The notes: generated by a model not told the origin, from the sequence alone. A DNA stretch of 64,000 nt from Terriglobia bacterium (GCA_965198225.1 CBDAOY010000007.1:448001-512000); one strand, 5' to 3'; shown: positions 47,282 to 57,578, counted from the first letter of the stretch. A program made the numbers and translations.

Positions 47282-48187
47282 GTGTCAGATGCCACCAGTA
47301 CGATCTCGAACTTGTCTACGGTTGCGTCGTTCCTCAACAACACGAACAGCCACATCTTCTTCGGCACTGCTGCCAGCATCGACACCTTCGACGATTTTGT
47401 GGTGAACGTTTTCGAACCCGCCGATCCGACGCCGCCGGAAATTAACGTTCCGGACGATTTCAGCGTGGAAGCGACCGGTCCTACAGGAGCCATTGTCACC
47501 TATACGGTGTCGGCAACAGACGTCGGAGATGGTGGTCCTGTTGATGTAGACTGCAATCCCGCTTCTGGTACTACGTTTGCCCTCGGTCCGACCACTGTCG
47601 ACTGTTCGGCCAGCGATTCCTCCGAGAACGAAGCCACGGCTTCGTTTACGGTGACCGTGGCAGATACAACTGCGCCGGATGTTTCTGTCCCGGCGAATAT
47701 CCAGGTCGACGCGATCTTCGGAAGCACGACCAGGGCTGTAGAGTTCACGGTTACGGCCACCGATCCTCAGGGCGTGGATCCTGCTCCTGTCATAACCTGT
47801 TCTCACGCTTCTGGTTTTGCGTTTGCCATTGGCACGACTACGGTCACCTGCTCGGCAACCGACTTTAGCGGGAATACGTCGGCCGACGCATCGTTCACCG
47901 TGACGGTCCGCAGCGTGGACCAGCAGGTGGATGCCCTGAGTGCAGCCGTAAGCGGTCTCACAACCGTCGACGGCAAGACGAAACTGAAACTTATCGGGAC
48001 CCTCAACGATGTCAAGACGTTCCTCGCGAAGTCGAATGCCCGGGCCGCCAAGAAATCCGCCAGGGGGAAACTCGGCGCGTTCGTGAATCAGGTGAGAGCT
48101 CTGAGGAACTCGCGCCGAATATCGCAGGCCGATGCGGACGTCTTGACCAACGCCGCGATTCGCATCAGCGCCAACCTCGGAAACTAA
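47282..48187 (+). pseudogene. 3' remnant of a HYR-domain surface protein, truncated by IS6
   Basis: Two HYR-like repeats (PASGTTFALGPTTVDCSASDSSEN, ASGFAFAIGTTTVTCSATDFSGN) and a helical tail (LGAFVNQV); no signal peptide or RBS. Confidence 0.75.
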
Positions 48188-48304
48188 TAGAGGTAAGCAG
48201 AGCAAGCATCATCGGCGTCCGCTCTAATCGTCGTCGATAAAGATACGGCCCGTTTCGGCATCGTGCCGGGACGGGCTGTTTCTTTGTCTTGCTCGTCGTC
48301 TCTC

Positions 48305-48489
48305 CTACTCTTCTTCTACAATCGTCAGTGGTTCGTTGAGAAGACCGACATAGAACACGACGAGGTCGACCGGCTGGGATCCTTCGTTGATCCCACGGTC
48401 CAGGTGTTCACGGTCTCGACCCTCGTGTCCCCGACCGAAACCTCAAAGCGATCGCCGTTCCGGGTGATGACGGTCAGGTTGCCGCTCTT
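48305..48489 (-). pseudogene. Frameshifted cupin-domain relic
   Basis: Manual translation KSGNLTVITRNG...VETVNTW / RGINEGSQPVDLVVFYVG..EPLTIVEEE*, with a 1-nt loss where the His codon would be. Confidence 0.55.
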
Positions 48490-48522
48490 AGAAAGTTCAC
48501 TGGGAAGTCCAGGTTGGTTGAT

Positions 48523-49191
48523 TCAGTCGAACAGGGTCGGGGCTTCAACTACCTTCAGTGGCTCGATCAAGTCAGGACCAAGAGTAATGGGTCGATTCAC
48601 CGCCTTCGACACCCGGTAGGCTGTCATCTCAGCGGATGGGTGAGGATCCAGCAGCTGCAGTCTAGCCCCGACAGGCAGGCCAGGATCAAGCCATTGTTCG
48701 TGTTCGTCCTCGGCCAGAATTACCGGCATCCGGTCGTGAATCGGGATGACGATTCTATTCGGCCTCGTGGTGATGATCGTATAGGCAGGCTGCCCGTCGA
48801 TTTCCTGCCAGAGACCGGCGAACGCAAAAGGTTGACCGTCTCGTAGCGTGATGCGGAACGGCAACTTGCCCGAGGGCGACGCCAGCCACTCGTAGAAACC
48901 GTCCGCAATGACCAGACACCGGCGATTGAGGAAGGCATCTTTGAAGGCCGGCTTCTGATTGACCGTCTCCGCGCGGGCGTTGATCAGCAGGCGACTCTTT
49001 GCAGCCACCCATTCCGGTTTGAACCCCCACTTCGCCGCTCGCACCCGACCCGGTTCTCGATCAAGAACCACAGGAAGTTTGTCGGTGGGACTGGCCTTGT
49101 AGACGGGCAGCCGCACCTCCGACCATCCGATCAGGCTCTGGAAGCAGCCCAGATCCCGCATGTGTTTCGCGATGGAATACGCCCCGCACAT
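48523..49191 (-). CDS. SOS-response-associated peptidase (SRAP, YedK/HMCES family)
   Basis: MCG start, INARAETV, RRCLVIADGFYEW, FAFAGLW, IHDRMPVIL. Confidence 0.93.
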   Translation of the reverse strand: MCGAYSIAKHMRDLGCFQSLIGWSEVRLPVYKASPTDKLPVVLDREPGRVRAAKWGFKPEWVAAKSRLLINARAETVNQKPAFKDAFLNRRCLVIADGFYEWLASPSGKLPFRITLRDGQPFAFAGLWQEIDGQPAYTIITTRPNRIVIPIHDRMPVILAEDEHEQWLDPGLPVGARLQLLDPHPSAEMTAYRVSKAVNRPITLGPDLIEPLKVVEAPTLFD

Positions 49192-49370
49192 GGCTTTCGA
49201 CTATAGCAAAGTGTGCCAGTTTGCAGGTTCGAGGCCTATCTGAGGAGCTTTTCTTCGTCCACCTGCCCCGAGGTGTAAACCTGAAACCGCCGTCTGATTA
49301 TAATGGTATCAATGGAAGAACATTCGGTTCATCAGGATCCAAGCTCTGCTGTTCGACTGAGGAGGTTTCT

Positions 49371-50807
49371 ATGAAATCCAGAACCCTACTGTCTCTGGCC
49401 TTCATCGTCGCGGCCAGCCACACCGTTCTTGCGCAATCGCCCACCTCTCGAAGCGACGATTCGGCAACGGCCAAAGTGGATCAGGTGTTTGCGCAGTGGG
49501 ACAAGACGATCAGTCCCGGATGCGCGCTGGGAATCATCGAGGATGGCGAGATGACGTACAAGCGGGGATACGGGATGGCGAATCTCGACTATGGCATCCC
49601 CATTTCGACGTCGTCGGTGTTCTACATCGGTTCGGTTTCCAAGCAATTTGCAGCCGCCTCCGTCGCATTGCTCGCGGCACAGGACAAGCTCTCGCTCGAT
49701 GACGACATCCGCCAGTATCTTCCGGAGATTCCCGATTACGGGACACCGATCAACATTCGTCACCTCATCCATCACGTGAGCGGTCTGCGTGACTTCTGGA
49801 CGCTCGTCGCGCTTGCAGGCCTCCCGACGGACAACGTTTATACGGATGAAGACGTATTGGAGTTTGCATCACGTCAGAAGGGTCTCAACTTCACGCCGGG
49901 CGAAGAGTATCTCTACAGCAACACGAACTACTTGCTACTGGCGATGATAGTGAAGCGGGTCAGCGGCCAGTCGCTACGCGAGTACGCCGACGCGAATCTG
50001 TTTGTACCACTCGGGATGGATCAAACTCTTTTCAACGACGATCACACACGGATCGTGAAAAACCGCGTGTCGGGCTATGCGCCGAGAGAAGGCGGTGGGT
50101 TCGCCCTCAGCATGGTGAACAACGATCTGGTAGGACAGGGCGGCCTCTGGACGACCGTCGAAGACCTTGCGCACTGGGATCAGAATTTCTATCTGGCGGA
50201 CGTCGGAGGCTCGGCCTTCATCGAGCAGTTGCTGACGCGTGGAGCGTTGACAAACGGGGAGGAGCTCGATTACGCATTCGGATTGAACGTGACCGAATAC
50301 GAAGGGAAGCGCATGGTGACTCACGGCGGAGCAATGGGAGGTTATCGGGCCGCGCTGACCCGCTTCCCTGATGACCGGTTTTCCGTGGCTCTCCTGTGCA
50401 ATTTATCGACGACAAACCCATCGAGGCTTGCGCTGAGGATCGCCGACCTTTATCTGTTTGGAAAGGATCCTTCGGATGGATCACCGCCTTCGCCGACGAC
50501 GAATGCTGGTGACGGGGTGACAGAAGAGCAGGAAAACCCGTTTGCGCTTACCGAGGAAGAGCGTTCCACCTATGCGGGCGATTACTTCAGCGACGAACTC
50601 CGTACCACGTATCGCATCGCCGTGAAGGCCGGTGCCTTGTATTTCACGCACCGAAACGCGCTGACAACCACTTTGGAACCGACCGAGCGTGATGAATTCC
50701 GCAGTGGACCCGCAACCCTCAAGTTTGAACATGGTCCGGGCGGACGCATTTCAGGGTTCATTCTTGACGCAGGGAGGGTAAGAAACCTGCGGTTTGTTCG
50801 GCAGTAA
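49371..50807 (+). CDS. Secreted serine hydrolase (beta-lactamase class C/PBP-like)
   Basis: GAGGAGG RBS, signal peptide; GSVSKQF (SxxK), YSNTNY, HGG. Confidence 0.92.
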   Translation: MKSRTLLSLAFIVAASHTVLAQSPTSRSDDSATAKVDQVFAQWDKTISPGCALGIIEDGEMTYKRGYGMANLDYGIPISTSSVFYIGSVSKQFAAASVALLAAQDKLSLDDDIRQYLPEIPDYGTPINIRHLIHHVSGLRDFWTLVALAGLPTDNVYTDEDVLEFASRQKGLNFTPGEEYLYSNTNYLLLAMIVKRVSGQSLREYADANLFVPLGMDQTLFNDDHTRIVKNRVSGYAPREGGGFALSMVNNDLVGQGGLWTTVEDLAHWDQNFYLADVGGSAFIEQLLTRGALTNGEELDYAFGLNVTEYEGKRMVTHGGAMGGYRAALTRFPDDRFSVALLCNLSTTNPSRLALRIADLYLFGKDPSDGSPPSPTTNAGDGVTEEQENPFALTEEERSTYAGDYFSDELRTTYRIAVKAGALYFTHRNALTTTLEPTERDEFRSGPATLKFEHGPGGRISGFILDAGRVRNLRFVRQ

Positions 50808-51033
50808 AACGGAGACCACGCAAGTCGACAGCCTTTAGCGATTTTTCGACTGACGACGCTGACACTGTTGACGATAGATCCTCCGTTCTCTTCTGTTGAG
50901 ACAAAGGAGGGAGGGAACAGAAGTGGCGAGAAGACCGTAATTGAGGCGCGTCGCCAACCTCCTGCAGCCAACTGTTGCTTCCGAGTAACACCAAGGGGCG
51001 CAACTGCCGCAGAATGTAGCTGACTCGGGTGTG

Positions 51034-51837
51034 TCATTTGGACAGTATCGCCGCCGGGGCCTCGACTTCCTCGCTCTTAGCCTGCGGCTCAAAATGACCA
51101 ATTACCTTTTGCAGCAAGTTCACCGACAACGTGTCGCTGAAACTTCCCACGAACGCGATAACCCAAATCAGTTCCGAGGTCTGCGTTGTGCTACTGCCGG
51201 CGAACACTATCAGCCAGGCGGTGAGCATCAAATAGGTCATGACCCCCATGACCACGCCGAGCACGGGCCGAAACAGCAGCCAGCGGATGGCCTCGATTCT
51301 GTTTGAGAATGGAAAACTGCCTGCCCTCAGGAGCATCGAGGTAAAGCTGCCGATGATTGCCCAGACCCATACGGGTTTGGGGATCCCCATGACCAACTGC
51401 TGATTCAGCTGCGAAGCTGGAGAACTCAAGTCAACCAAGTCGAACGTCACGGCTGTACCCGCCAGAGCGGAGAATATGTAGACCATCATCACGACAACCA
51501 GGAACGACGTCTTCGCGCTCTCGGTCCGTGTCATTTCGATTTGTAAACGTGTCAAGTCCAAACGCGATTGTATAAGGCTCTTCCTACCGACGGGCGGAGT
51601 CAGGGCGACTTCGGCATTTGACAGCAACTCGAGGCATCGGCTTTGAGCGTCTGGATGGTCCCGGAGTCTGACCGGGATTTCGTCGTAGTAGGTATCGATC
51701 GCCCGCCGGATTTCCTCAATACGATGTGATTCGCGCTCCCGTTGGTCCAACGAGACGGCCGCCCCGGTCTTTTCGTGAGAAGTCGCAGCCGAACTGGGAG
51801 AATCGGCAACTAATAGACTCTCTTGCTCCTCGCTCAT
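51034..51837 (-). CDS. Hypothetical membrane protein (about 4 C-terminal TM helices)
   Basis: GAGGGAG-like RBS; soluble helical N-terminus, then hydrophobic segments with RP..G and AFVGSFSD. Confidence 0.75.
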   Translation of the reverse strand: MSEEQESLLVADSPSSAATSHEKTGAAVSLDQRERESHRIEEIRRAIDTYYDEIPVRLRDHPDAQSRCLELLSNAEVALTPPVGRKSLIQSRLDLTRLQIEMTRTESAKTSFLVVVMMVYIFSALAGTAVTFDLVDLSSPASQLNQQLVMGIPKPVWVWAIIGSFTSMLLRAGSFPFSNRIEAIRWLLFRPVLGVVMGVMTYLMLTAWLIVFAGSSTTQTSELIWVIAFVGSFSDTLSVNLLQKVIGHFEPQAKSEEVEAPAAILSK

Positions 51838-52218
51838 GCTCCCTCCTTCTAAAGGCCCCAACGGATAGCGGCGTCACCTAGGCTTTACCTATAAGAAGAC
51901 GTAGTAGGGAGCGGAATACATGCAATTAACCTAAAGCTCTACGGGACCATCGCGGGCACAGTAGCCCTGGGCAGCAAACTGGTCGGGCAGGTTCTCGGAG
52001 ACTGGCGTCGATCGTCGACGTTTCTAAAAATACCGCCCACCGCGTCACGGCATTTTTGCCTCCCGGAAGTCTCCGTCCATCCTCATGCATACGACATGAT
52101 TTCGTAGCCGCCACCCCTCGCCCTTCCCCTCTGATCGGCACCGGTGCTGCGATAGAACCTCTTGTTCTTGATACGCACAGCCAATCTCTATAGTGTCCTG
52201 AATACCAGCACCGTAACG

Positions 52219-52365
52219 AGCGCACAGATGCGGTCCAGTGTCGCTTGGCCGACTGATCGGGATCGTAACGCGCAGGGCTTGAACCGTTCCCGTTGCACCG
52301 AAGCGCACAGATGCGGTCCAGTGTCGCTTGGCCGACTGATCGGGATCGTAACGCGCAGGGCTTGA
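52219..52365. repeat. Perfect 64-bp direct repeat (52219-52282, 52302-52365) with a 19-bp spacer
   Basis: AGCGCACAGATGCGGTCC...GCGCAGGGCTTGA occurs twice. Confidence 0.9.
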
Positions 52366-52513
52366 TGGCTCACCATAGGGTACCGTTCCCTAGACTGCCT
52401 TTCTGGTCTTGGCCAGGCCTTGTTGCACCGAACCCGAGTCTGGTGCATCGGCGCGTAGCAGCGGCGCCGCGGAACTGGAGCAAGCGCCCCTCCGGGGCGC
52501 CTAGGAGGGATAA

Positions 52514-53893
52514 ATGGTTCTCCGGATACTCTTGGTTGGTTGGCTGTCCGTAGCTGCGGCGTGCTCCGCCCAACCTCCGAATCAGGCGGAACAGACGGCC
52601 GCGACGGTGACTGTGTTCGAAGGGGCGCGCCTGATTGTGGGCGACGGCAGCCCGCCCATCGAAGACTCGGCCTTCCTGGTCGAAGGTGATCGGTTCGGCA
52701 GTATCGGCCGGAGAGGAGAGATCCAGATCCCGGCGGGTGCAGTGAGGGTCGACCTGACGGGCAAGACGATCATGCCGGCGTTGGTCGACGCCCACTCGCA
52801 CATCGGGTACATGAAAGACCTGACGAGCGGGCCTGAGAACTACACGCGCGAACACATTCTGGACCACATGTATCGGTTCGCCTATCACGGGGTCGCCGCG
52901 AGCCAGGCCATGGGCTCCGACTTCGGAGTGATGCCGTTCCAACTGCGGGACGAGATCCTGGCGGGCGAACACCCCGACGCGGCGCGGTTCCTCACCGCGG
53001 GTCGGGGACTGGCGCCGTATAGCGAAATCAGCCCCAACAACATGCGGCATGCGGCGTACGTGGTCACGACCGAAGAGGGCGCCCGCGCAAACGTTCGTGA
53101 GCTGACGTCGCACGGGGTGACACTCATCAAGACGTGGGTGGACGACCGCGGCGGGAACGTCGAGCCGATGCCCCCGGACTTGTATCTGGCGATTATCGAC
53201 GAAGCGCACAAGAACGGGATCCGCGTTGCCGCGCATGCCACCGATCTGGAAGACGCCAAGGACTTACTACGGGCCGGCATCGATGTGTTCGCGCACATGA
53301 TTACAGAGGTGGACGACGAGCTCGTGGCGCTGTTTAAGGAGCGACCCGAGGCAAGCGTTCTGCTGGCGCAGGTCGGCCGTCGGACAATCTACTCGCCGTA
53401 CCTCGATCCGCCCGAGCCACTGTTGCTCGAGACGGTCACGCCGGCGCAAATCAATCGGCTTCGCGACCGGGTTGCGGGCACTTCACCCGAGGCGCTCGAG
53501 CGGGCGCGTCAGTCGTGGGAGCGGACGGCACAGAACATCATGAAGCTCCACAGTGCAGGGGTCCGAATCGGCATTGGGAGCGATGGCGGAGGCCAGGGCG
53601 GCGATCGCTTTGTCGGTTTCACGGCGCACACGGAGCTGGAGAACATGGTGGCCGCCGGGATGACGCCGGCGGAGGCGATCGTGGCCGGGACGAAAAATGG
53701 ATCCGAGGTCCTCGGTCTGGAGGAAGATCTGGGGACGGTGACCGCCGGCAAGAGCGCCGATTTCATCGTGCTCGACCGAAACCCTCTCGACGAGATTACC
53801 AACTCCCGAACGATTGACCGCGTGTACCTCAGAGGCCACCAGGTTGATCGGGCGAGGCTCCGGGCGATGTGGTCCGGTGCTTCGGCGAACTAG
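52514..53893 (+). CDS. Secreted or lipoprotein amidohydrolase
   Basis: AGGAGG RBS; signal with AAAC; MPALVDAHSH, IKTW, AAHA, FAH, GSD, GKSADFIVLDRNPL. Confidence 0.9.
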   Translation: MVLRILLVGWLSVAAACSAQPPNQAEQTAATVTVFEGARLIVGDGSPPIEDSAFLVEGDRFGSIGRRGEIQIPAGAVRVDLTGKTIMPALVDAHSHIGYMKDLTSGPENYTREHILDHMYRFAYHGVAASQAMGSDFGVMPFQLRDEILAGEHPDAARFLTAGRGLAPYSEISPNNMRHAAYVVTTEEGARANVRELTSHGVTLIKTWVDDRGGNVEPMPPDLYLAIIDEAHKNGIRVAAHATDLEDAKDLLRAGIDVFAHMITEVDDELVALFKERPEASVLLAQVGRRTIYSPYLDPPEPLLLETVTPAQINRLRDRVAGTSPEALERARQSWERTAQNIMKLHSAGVRIGIGSDGGGQGGDRFVGFTAHTELENMVAAGMTPAEAIVAGTKNGSEVLGLEEDLGTVTAGKSADFIVLDRNPLDEITNSRTIDRVYLRGHQVDRARLRAMWSGASAN

Positions 53894-53914
53894 TGACCTG
53901 TAACAGGCCACTAG
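53890..53914. repeat. CTAGTGACCTGT-A-ACAGGCCACTAG palindrome (both ends of the CTAG-bounded motif fused)
   Basis: Overlaps the TAG at 53891-53893; arms match the motif at 2513, 12611 and 15156. Confidence 0.75.
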
Positions 53915-54073
53915 GGCGGCGAACCGCGAACGGCGGGTTCGAAAGAGAGATACAGCCCGTTTCGGATTGAATCCGCAACGGGCTGTCGATGTTTATGATC
54001 TGATTCCCGACAGTTCGACCAATCTTCGACACGGTCAGTCGCCGGACCTGTCAGGTCGATTCGCCCCAACTGC

Positions 54074-54891
54074 TTATTTCAGGAGCTGCAGCACCGATCG
54101 GGACGACATATTCGCGTGTGCCAATGCGGCTACGCCGCTCTCGGTCAGTATCTTGGATCTTGTCAAACCGGCTGCTTCCTTCGCCATAGGCCCGAATTCG
54201 AATTCGCCTGCACTCTGGCAGCGGTCGCCTTGGCTTGAGCCACGGCGGAGCTCATCTGGTTCATCGCAGCTCCGGTTCGGCCCTGAACGTCACCGAGGGC
54301 GCCCATTGCATTCTGGAGACTCGAGATTGCCGCCGCAGCATTGTCCTGGCTCGTGATGTCTTCGTTACTGATGCCCAGCCCCTGGGTGTCTACGGCGTTT
54401 GTCGCGGCGACCGTGCTGTAGCTGACGTCAGCAGAAGTGTTCGTTTGTGTGTTTCCGACGAAGACCGCCTGGGAATTCAGCTTGGCACTGCCGGTCTCCA
54501 GACCCGCCGCAGCCGCGCTTCTCGATATTTCCGACATGACGGACTGGAACTCCGCATCCAAAGCCGACCGGTCACCGGTGAACGTGTCCGACGCAGCCTG
54601 GCTGGCCAGTGTCGTCGCCCGATCCACTAACGATGAGATGTTGTCGAGGGCGCCGTCCTCGATCTGGAGCTGGCTGATCGCGTCGTTCGCATTCCTGGCA
54701 CCGACGGTGAGACTGGTCGTGTCCAAGCGATGCCGGTTGGCTACGGCCATGCCTGCGGCATCGTCGGCGGAACTGTTGATGCCTAATCCTGAGCTCAGTC
54801 GCTGCAGAGTCTTATTGACGGTGGCTTGAGTGCTGCTCAACGTCGATTGAGCGCCGAGGGACGATAGATTCGTGACTACTGAAAAGCTCAT
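54074..54891 (-). pseudogene. fliC: Flagellin with a frameshift in the C-terminal domain
   Basis: MSFSVVTN, LQRLSSGLGINSSADDAAG, RNANDAIS, ASQAAS. The C-terminal MAKEAAGLTRSKILTESGVAALAHANMSSRSVLQLLK* lies in another frame past about 54190. Confidence 0.88.
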
Positions 54892-54958
54892 TATTCTTTC
54901 TCCGTTTTTTCTTCCAAACAACCTTGTTCGTTTTGGGGTACAGTCCCCTCATTTCCTC

Positions 54959-54986
54959 TTATCGACCCGGCGGCCGCAGAACTTTA
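54959..54986 (-). promoter_or_regulatory. Sigma28 (FliA/SigD)-like promoter
   Basis: TAAAGTTC-N12-GTCGATAA versus consensus TAAAGTTT-N11-GCCGATAA, about 70 bp upstream of the flagellin ATG. Confidence 0.65.
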
Positions 54987-55556
54987 GTCCAATCGCTGGG
55001 TAAGGCGGTCGGAGGCCGTCAACGCCATTGTTTGCCCAGGTTGGGCTTTCGTCTTGCAGTGGACAAGGGGCAGGAGTCAAGCCCCTCTCAACGGACACTC
55101 CAATGAGGGGCACTGGGCGGTCCTGGCTGACATCCGAATGACGAGGACTCTTCCAGAGGTGTCAGGAAGTAAAAAAGAAGAAGGGGCCGATTGGTGCTGG
55201 CTTGCGTCTGATCGGGTCGGGTTCCCCCGTACTCCGTTCAGTCGCGGTGACCAGCGATCGACCCCTTCCTTGGCCCGGCATCTTCTTGCTTCTGATTCGC
55301 GCTGTCAACACGAAAGATGTGCGCTCCAGAACTGCCGTAAGATACTGTTTTTAAAGATCCACAGACGTCGCTCGAACGTTTTTCGCCAGTCGATTCGCGA
55401 GTGTTTCGCGCGGGTAATATGTTGTCTTCACGGCCGTGAAAATTTGATGGCCCCCGGGCGGACGGTGAACGAAAAGCGCGACCTATGTCACCACCCTTTC
55501 CTGGGGTGTCGTTGTTCCGATAGGGGTCGCTTTCATCGCCTCTTACCTGCCTAGCA

Positions 55557-56189
55557 TCAACGATCTTCGGTCGGGTCTCCGGTGACGTGCATCGCGGTGA
55601 GCGTGAACCAGAACAGGATCAGGGCGACCAGCGCGCGCTGGCCCAGGCCACCCCATCCGGCAGGTATCATGACGAACAGCAGGATGAACAGCGCTGCCGC
55701 CGCGTGGCCGAGTCGTGTGGAGATCTTGCGGTAAGAACTCGATCTCACGGGGATCGCTCCCGCCATCGCTAGAATGTTGATTCCAGCGACGACCGAGGCG
55801 AACGCGATCACCGAAGCGACGGCGTGAATCGTCCCTGAGAGGCTGCGCGCATCGCCGGCAGCGTCCAAGGGGAAGGCTCCTGCCAAGAACGTGCCCACCC
55901 CCCATAACGCCAACAGGCCAAGGCCTGCCTGGCTGGAGCGCGATCGCGGCAGAGCCTGAAGGAGCAGAAGCACGATTGCGTTCGAACCCAACGCCAGCGC
56001 GAAGAGCGAGCCGCTCAGGAGGATCCCCCACCGTCCTGCGGCGTACTCGCTCAAAGCCTGGCTGATGGGGTCGTGGTCGGGACGTATGAAATGGAGGAAG
56101 GCAATAAGTATTGCGAAGACGGCCTGTCCAGACAGACCCAGATAGAGGAGCGATTTTGATTGCCGCGAGATAGGTTCGTTGCTGCTCAT
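55557..56189 (-). CDS. DUF998-like integral membrane protein
   Basis: PDHDPISQALSEYA, GAFPLD, IHAVAS, GLGQR; several TM helices. Confidence 0.8.
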   Translation of the reverse strand: MSSNEPISRQSKSLLYLGLSGQAVFAILIAFLHFIRPDHDPISQALSEYAAGRWGILLSGSLFALALGSNAIVLLLLQALPRSRSSQAGLGLLALWGVGTFLAGAFPLDAAGDARSLSGTIHAVASVIAFASVVAGINILAMAGAIPVRSSSYRKISTRLGHAAAALFILLFVMIPAGWGGLGQRALVALILFWFTLTAMHVTGDPTEDR

Positions 56190-56295
56190 GCGTCGTTCAT
56201 GCCGCGGGTGGGTGGCGAAGCTGTTCTGCCGGCTGTCTCCGCCGAGGGTGACGTTCAGCGGGATCGAGAATCGAGGTGAGCCAACACGAAAGCGA

Positions 56296-56550
56296 TCAGG
56301 ACATGCAGACCTTGCATGGGTTGTAGCCGGCGTCGGTGGCTTCGTTCAAGGTCTTGAAGACCTGGGCCAGGCTTTTGGAGTCGTAGTAACGGCAGCCGGA
56401 TTGGTGGACGGTCTTGGAGTTTCGGTTTCCGCGGAAGGCGGTCGAGGTAGAGCCCTTATTCTTTCCCGACTTCCGAAGGACGGCAACGGCCCCGGCCGCA
56501 CCCGCTACTGTCGCTACAGCTCCGATCACGAGTTTCTTCTTCCTTCCCAT
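56296..56550 (-). CDS. Small membrane-anchored protein with an Ada-type metal-binding domain
   Basis: N-terminal hydrophobic helix, then GNRNSKTVHQSGC...EATDAGYNPCKVC. Confidence 0.78.
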   Translation of the reverse strand: MGRKKKLVIGAVATVAGAAGAVAVLRKSGKNKGSTSTAFRGNRNSKTVHQSGCRYYDSKSLAQVFKTLNEATDAGYNPCKVCMS

Positions 56551-56609
56551 GATCTGATTGTAAAGGGGAACCGTCCCTGATCCTACAAGTGTCGCCCTTC
56601 GCCCCAGTT

Positions 56610-57578
56610 TCAGAGCAGGCGCTGATGCGGCCTGCGCGCGTCCAGCCTCTGGAGCCCCAGCTCGAGTGCGAAGCCGAGTGCTTCGCTGAATTCCGATCTG
56701 CGAAGGCGGCGGTTGATATCGGTGTAACGCTGGTTGCTGACCTTTCCGGCCGGATAGTACTGGTCCATGAGGTTGACGTAGGTGCCCGGTCCGAGTTCGG
56801 AGGCGACCCACTCCAGTATCTTCCGGGTCTCGTCGAGACAACCCGGCATCACCAGATGGCGCAGGAGCATACCCCGACGCGCCAGACCTTCGCTGTCGAC
56901 GACGAGAGTGCCGACCTGGTTGTGCATGGCCTTGATCGCCCTGCGTGCGGCGTTCGGATAGTCGGCGGCCTTCAGGTAGGTCTTGCTGTTCTCGGTGGAC
57001 CAGTACTTCAGATCCGGCATGTAGACGTCGACGATACCGTCCATCAACGCGATGCTTTCGAGTGAATCATAGCCGCTCGTGTTGTAGACGATCGGTAGCT
57101 CCAGGCCGCAATCGAGGGCTTCGACGACGGCTTCTACCACCTGCGGGACGACATGTTCGGGTGTGACGAAATTGATGTTGTGGCAGCCGCGCTTTTGCAG
57201 CTCCAGCATCATTCCCGCCAGCCTGTCAGGTGGCGTGCCGGAGTCGGAGGAGCCCGGGGGGATCGCCTGGCTGATGTCGTAATTCTGGCAGAAGACACAC
57301 CGCAGGTTGCAGTGCGAGAAGAAGATCGTTCCCGACCCGCCCCGTCCTCGCAGGCAGTCCTCTTCGCCGAAATGCGGAAAGTAGCTACCGACCGCCGCAT
57401 AGCGCCCCGTCTTGCAAGCTGCCCATCGGTCCTCCAGCCGGTTGACGCCGCAATCTCTCGGACAGATACGGCAATCCTCCAGGGACTCTAACCCGCGCCG
57501 CACCTTGGCCTGAAGCACTTGTCGAGGGAGGTTCAGGTAGGCGGCGCGAAACGATTTTCGGACGTCATTCGGTGTCAT
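56610..57578 (-). CDS. PflX-like radical SAM protein
   Basis: CRICPRDCGVNR, HFGEE, GSGTIFF, CNLRCVFCQN, GCHNINFVTPEH, RHLVMPG. Confidence 0.92.
   Translation of the reverse strand: MTPNDVRKSFRAAYLNLPRQVLQAKVRRGLESLEDCRICPRDCGVNRLEDRWAACKTGRYAAVGSYFPHFGEEDCLRGRGGSGTIFFSHCNLRCVFCQNYDISQAIPPGSSDSGTPPDRLAGMMLELQKRGCHNINFVTPEHVVPQVVEAVVEALDCGLELPIVYNTSGYDSLESIALMDGIVDVYMPDLKYWSTENSKTYLKAADYPNAARRAIKAMHNQVGTLVVDSEGLARRGMLLRHLVMPGCLDETRKILEWVASELGPGTYVNLMDQYYPAGKVSNQRYTDINRRLRRSEFSEALGFALELGLQRLDARRPHQRLL

Noticed and set aside
52219-52365. DGR template/variable repeat pair or mini-CRISPR
   Set aside because: Copies are identical (no adenine-specific changes), not in a target ORF, and the spacer derives from local sequence.
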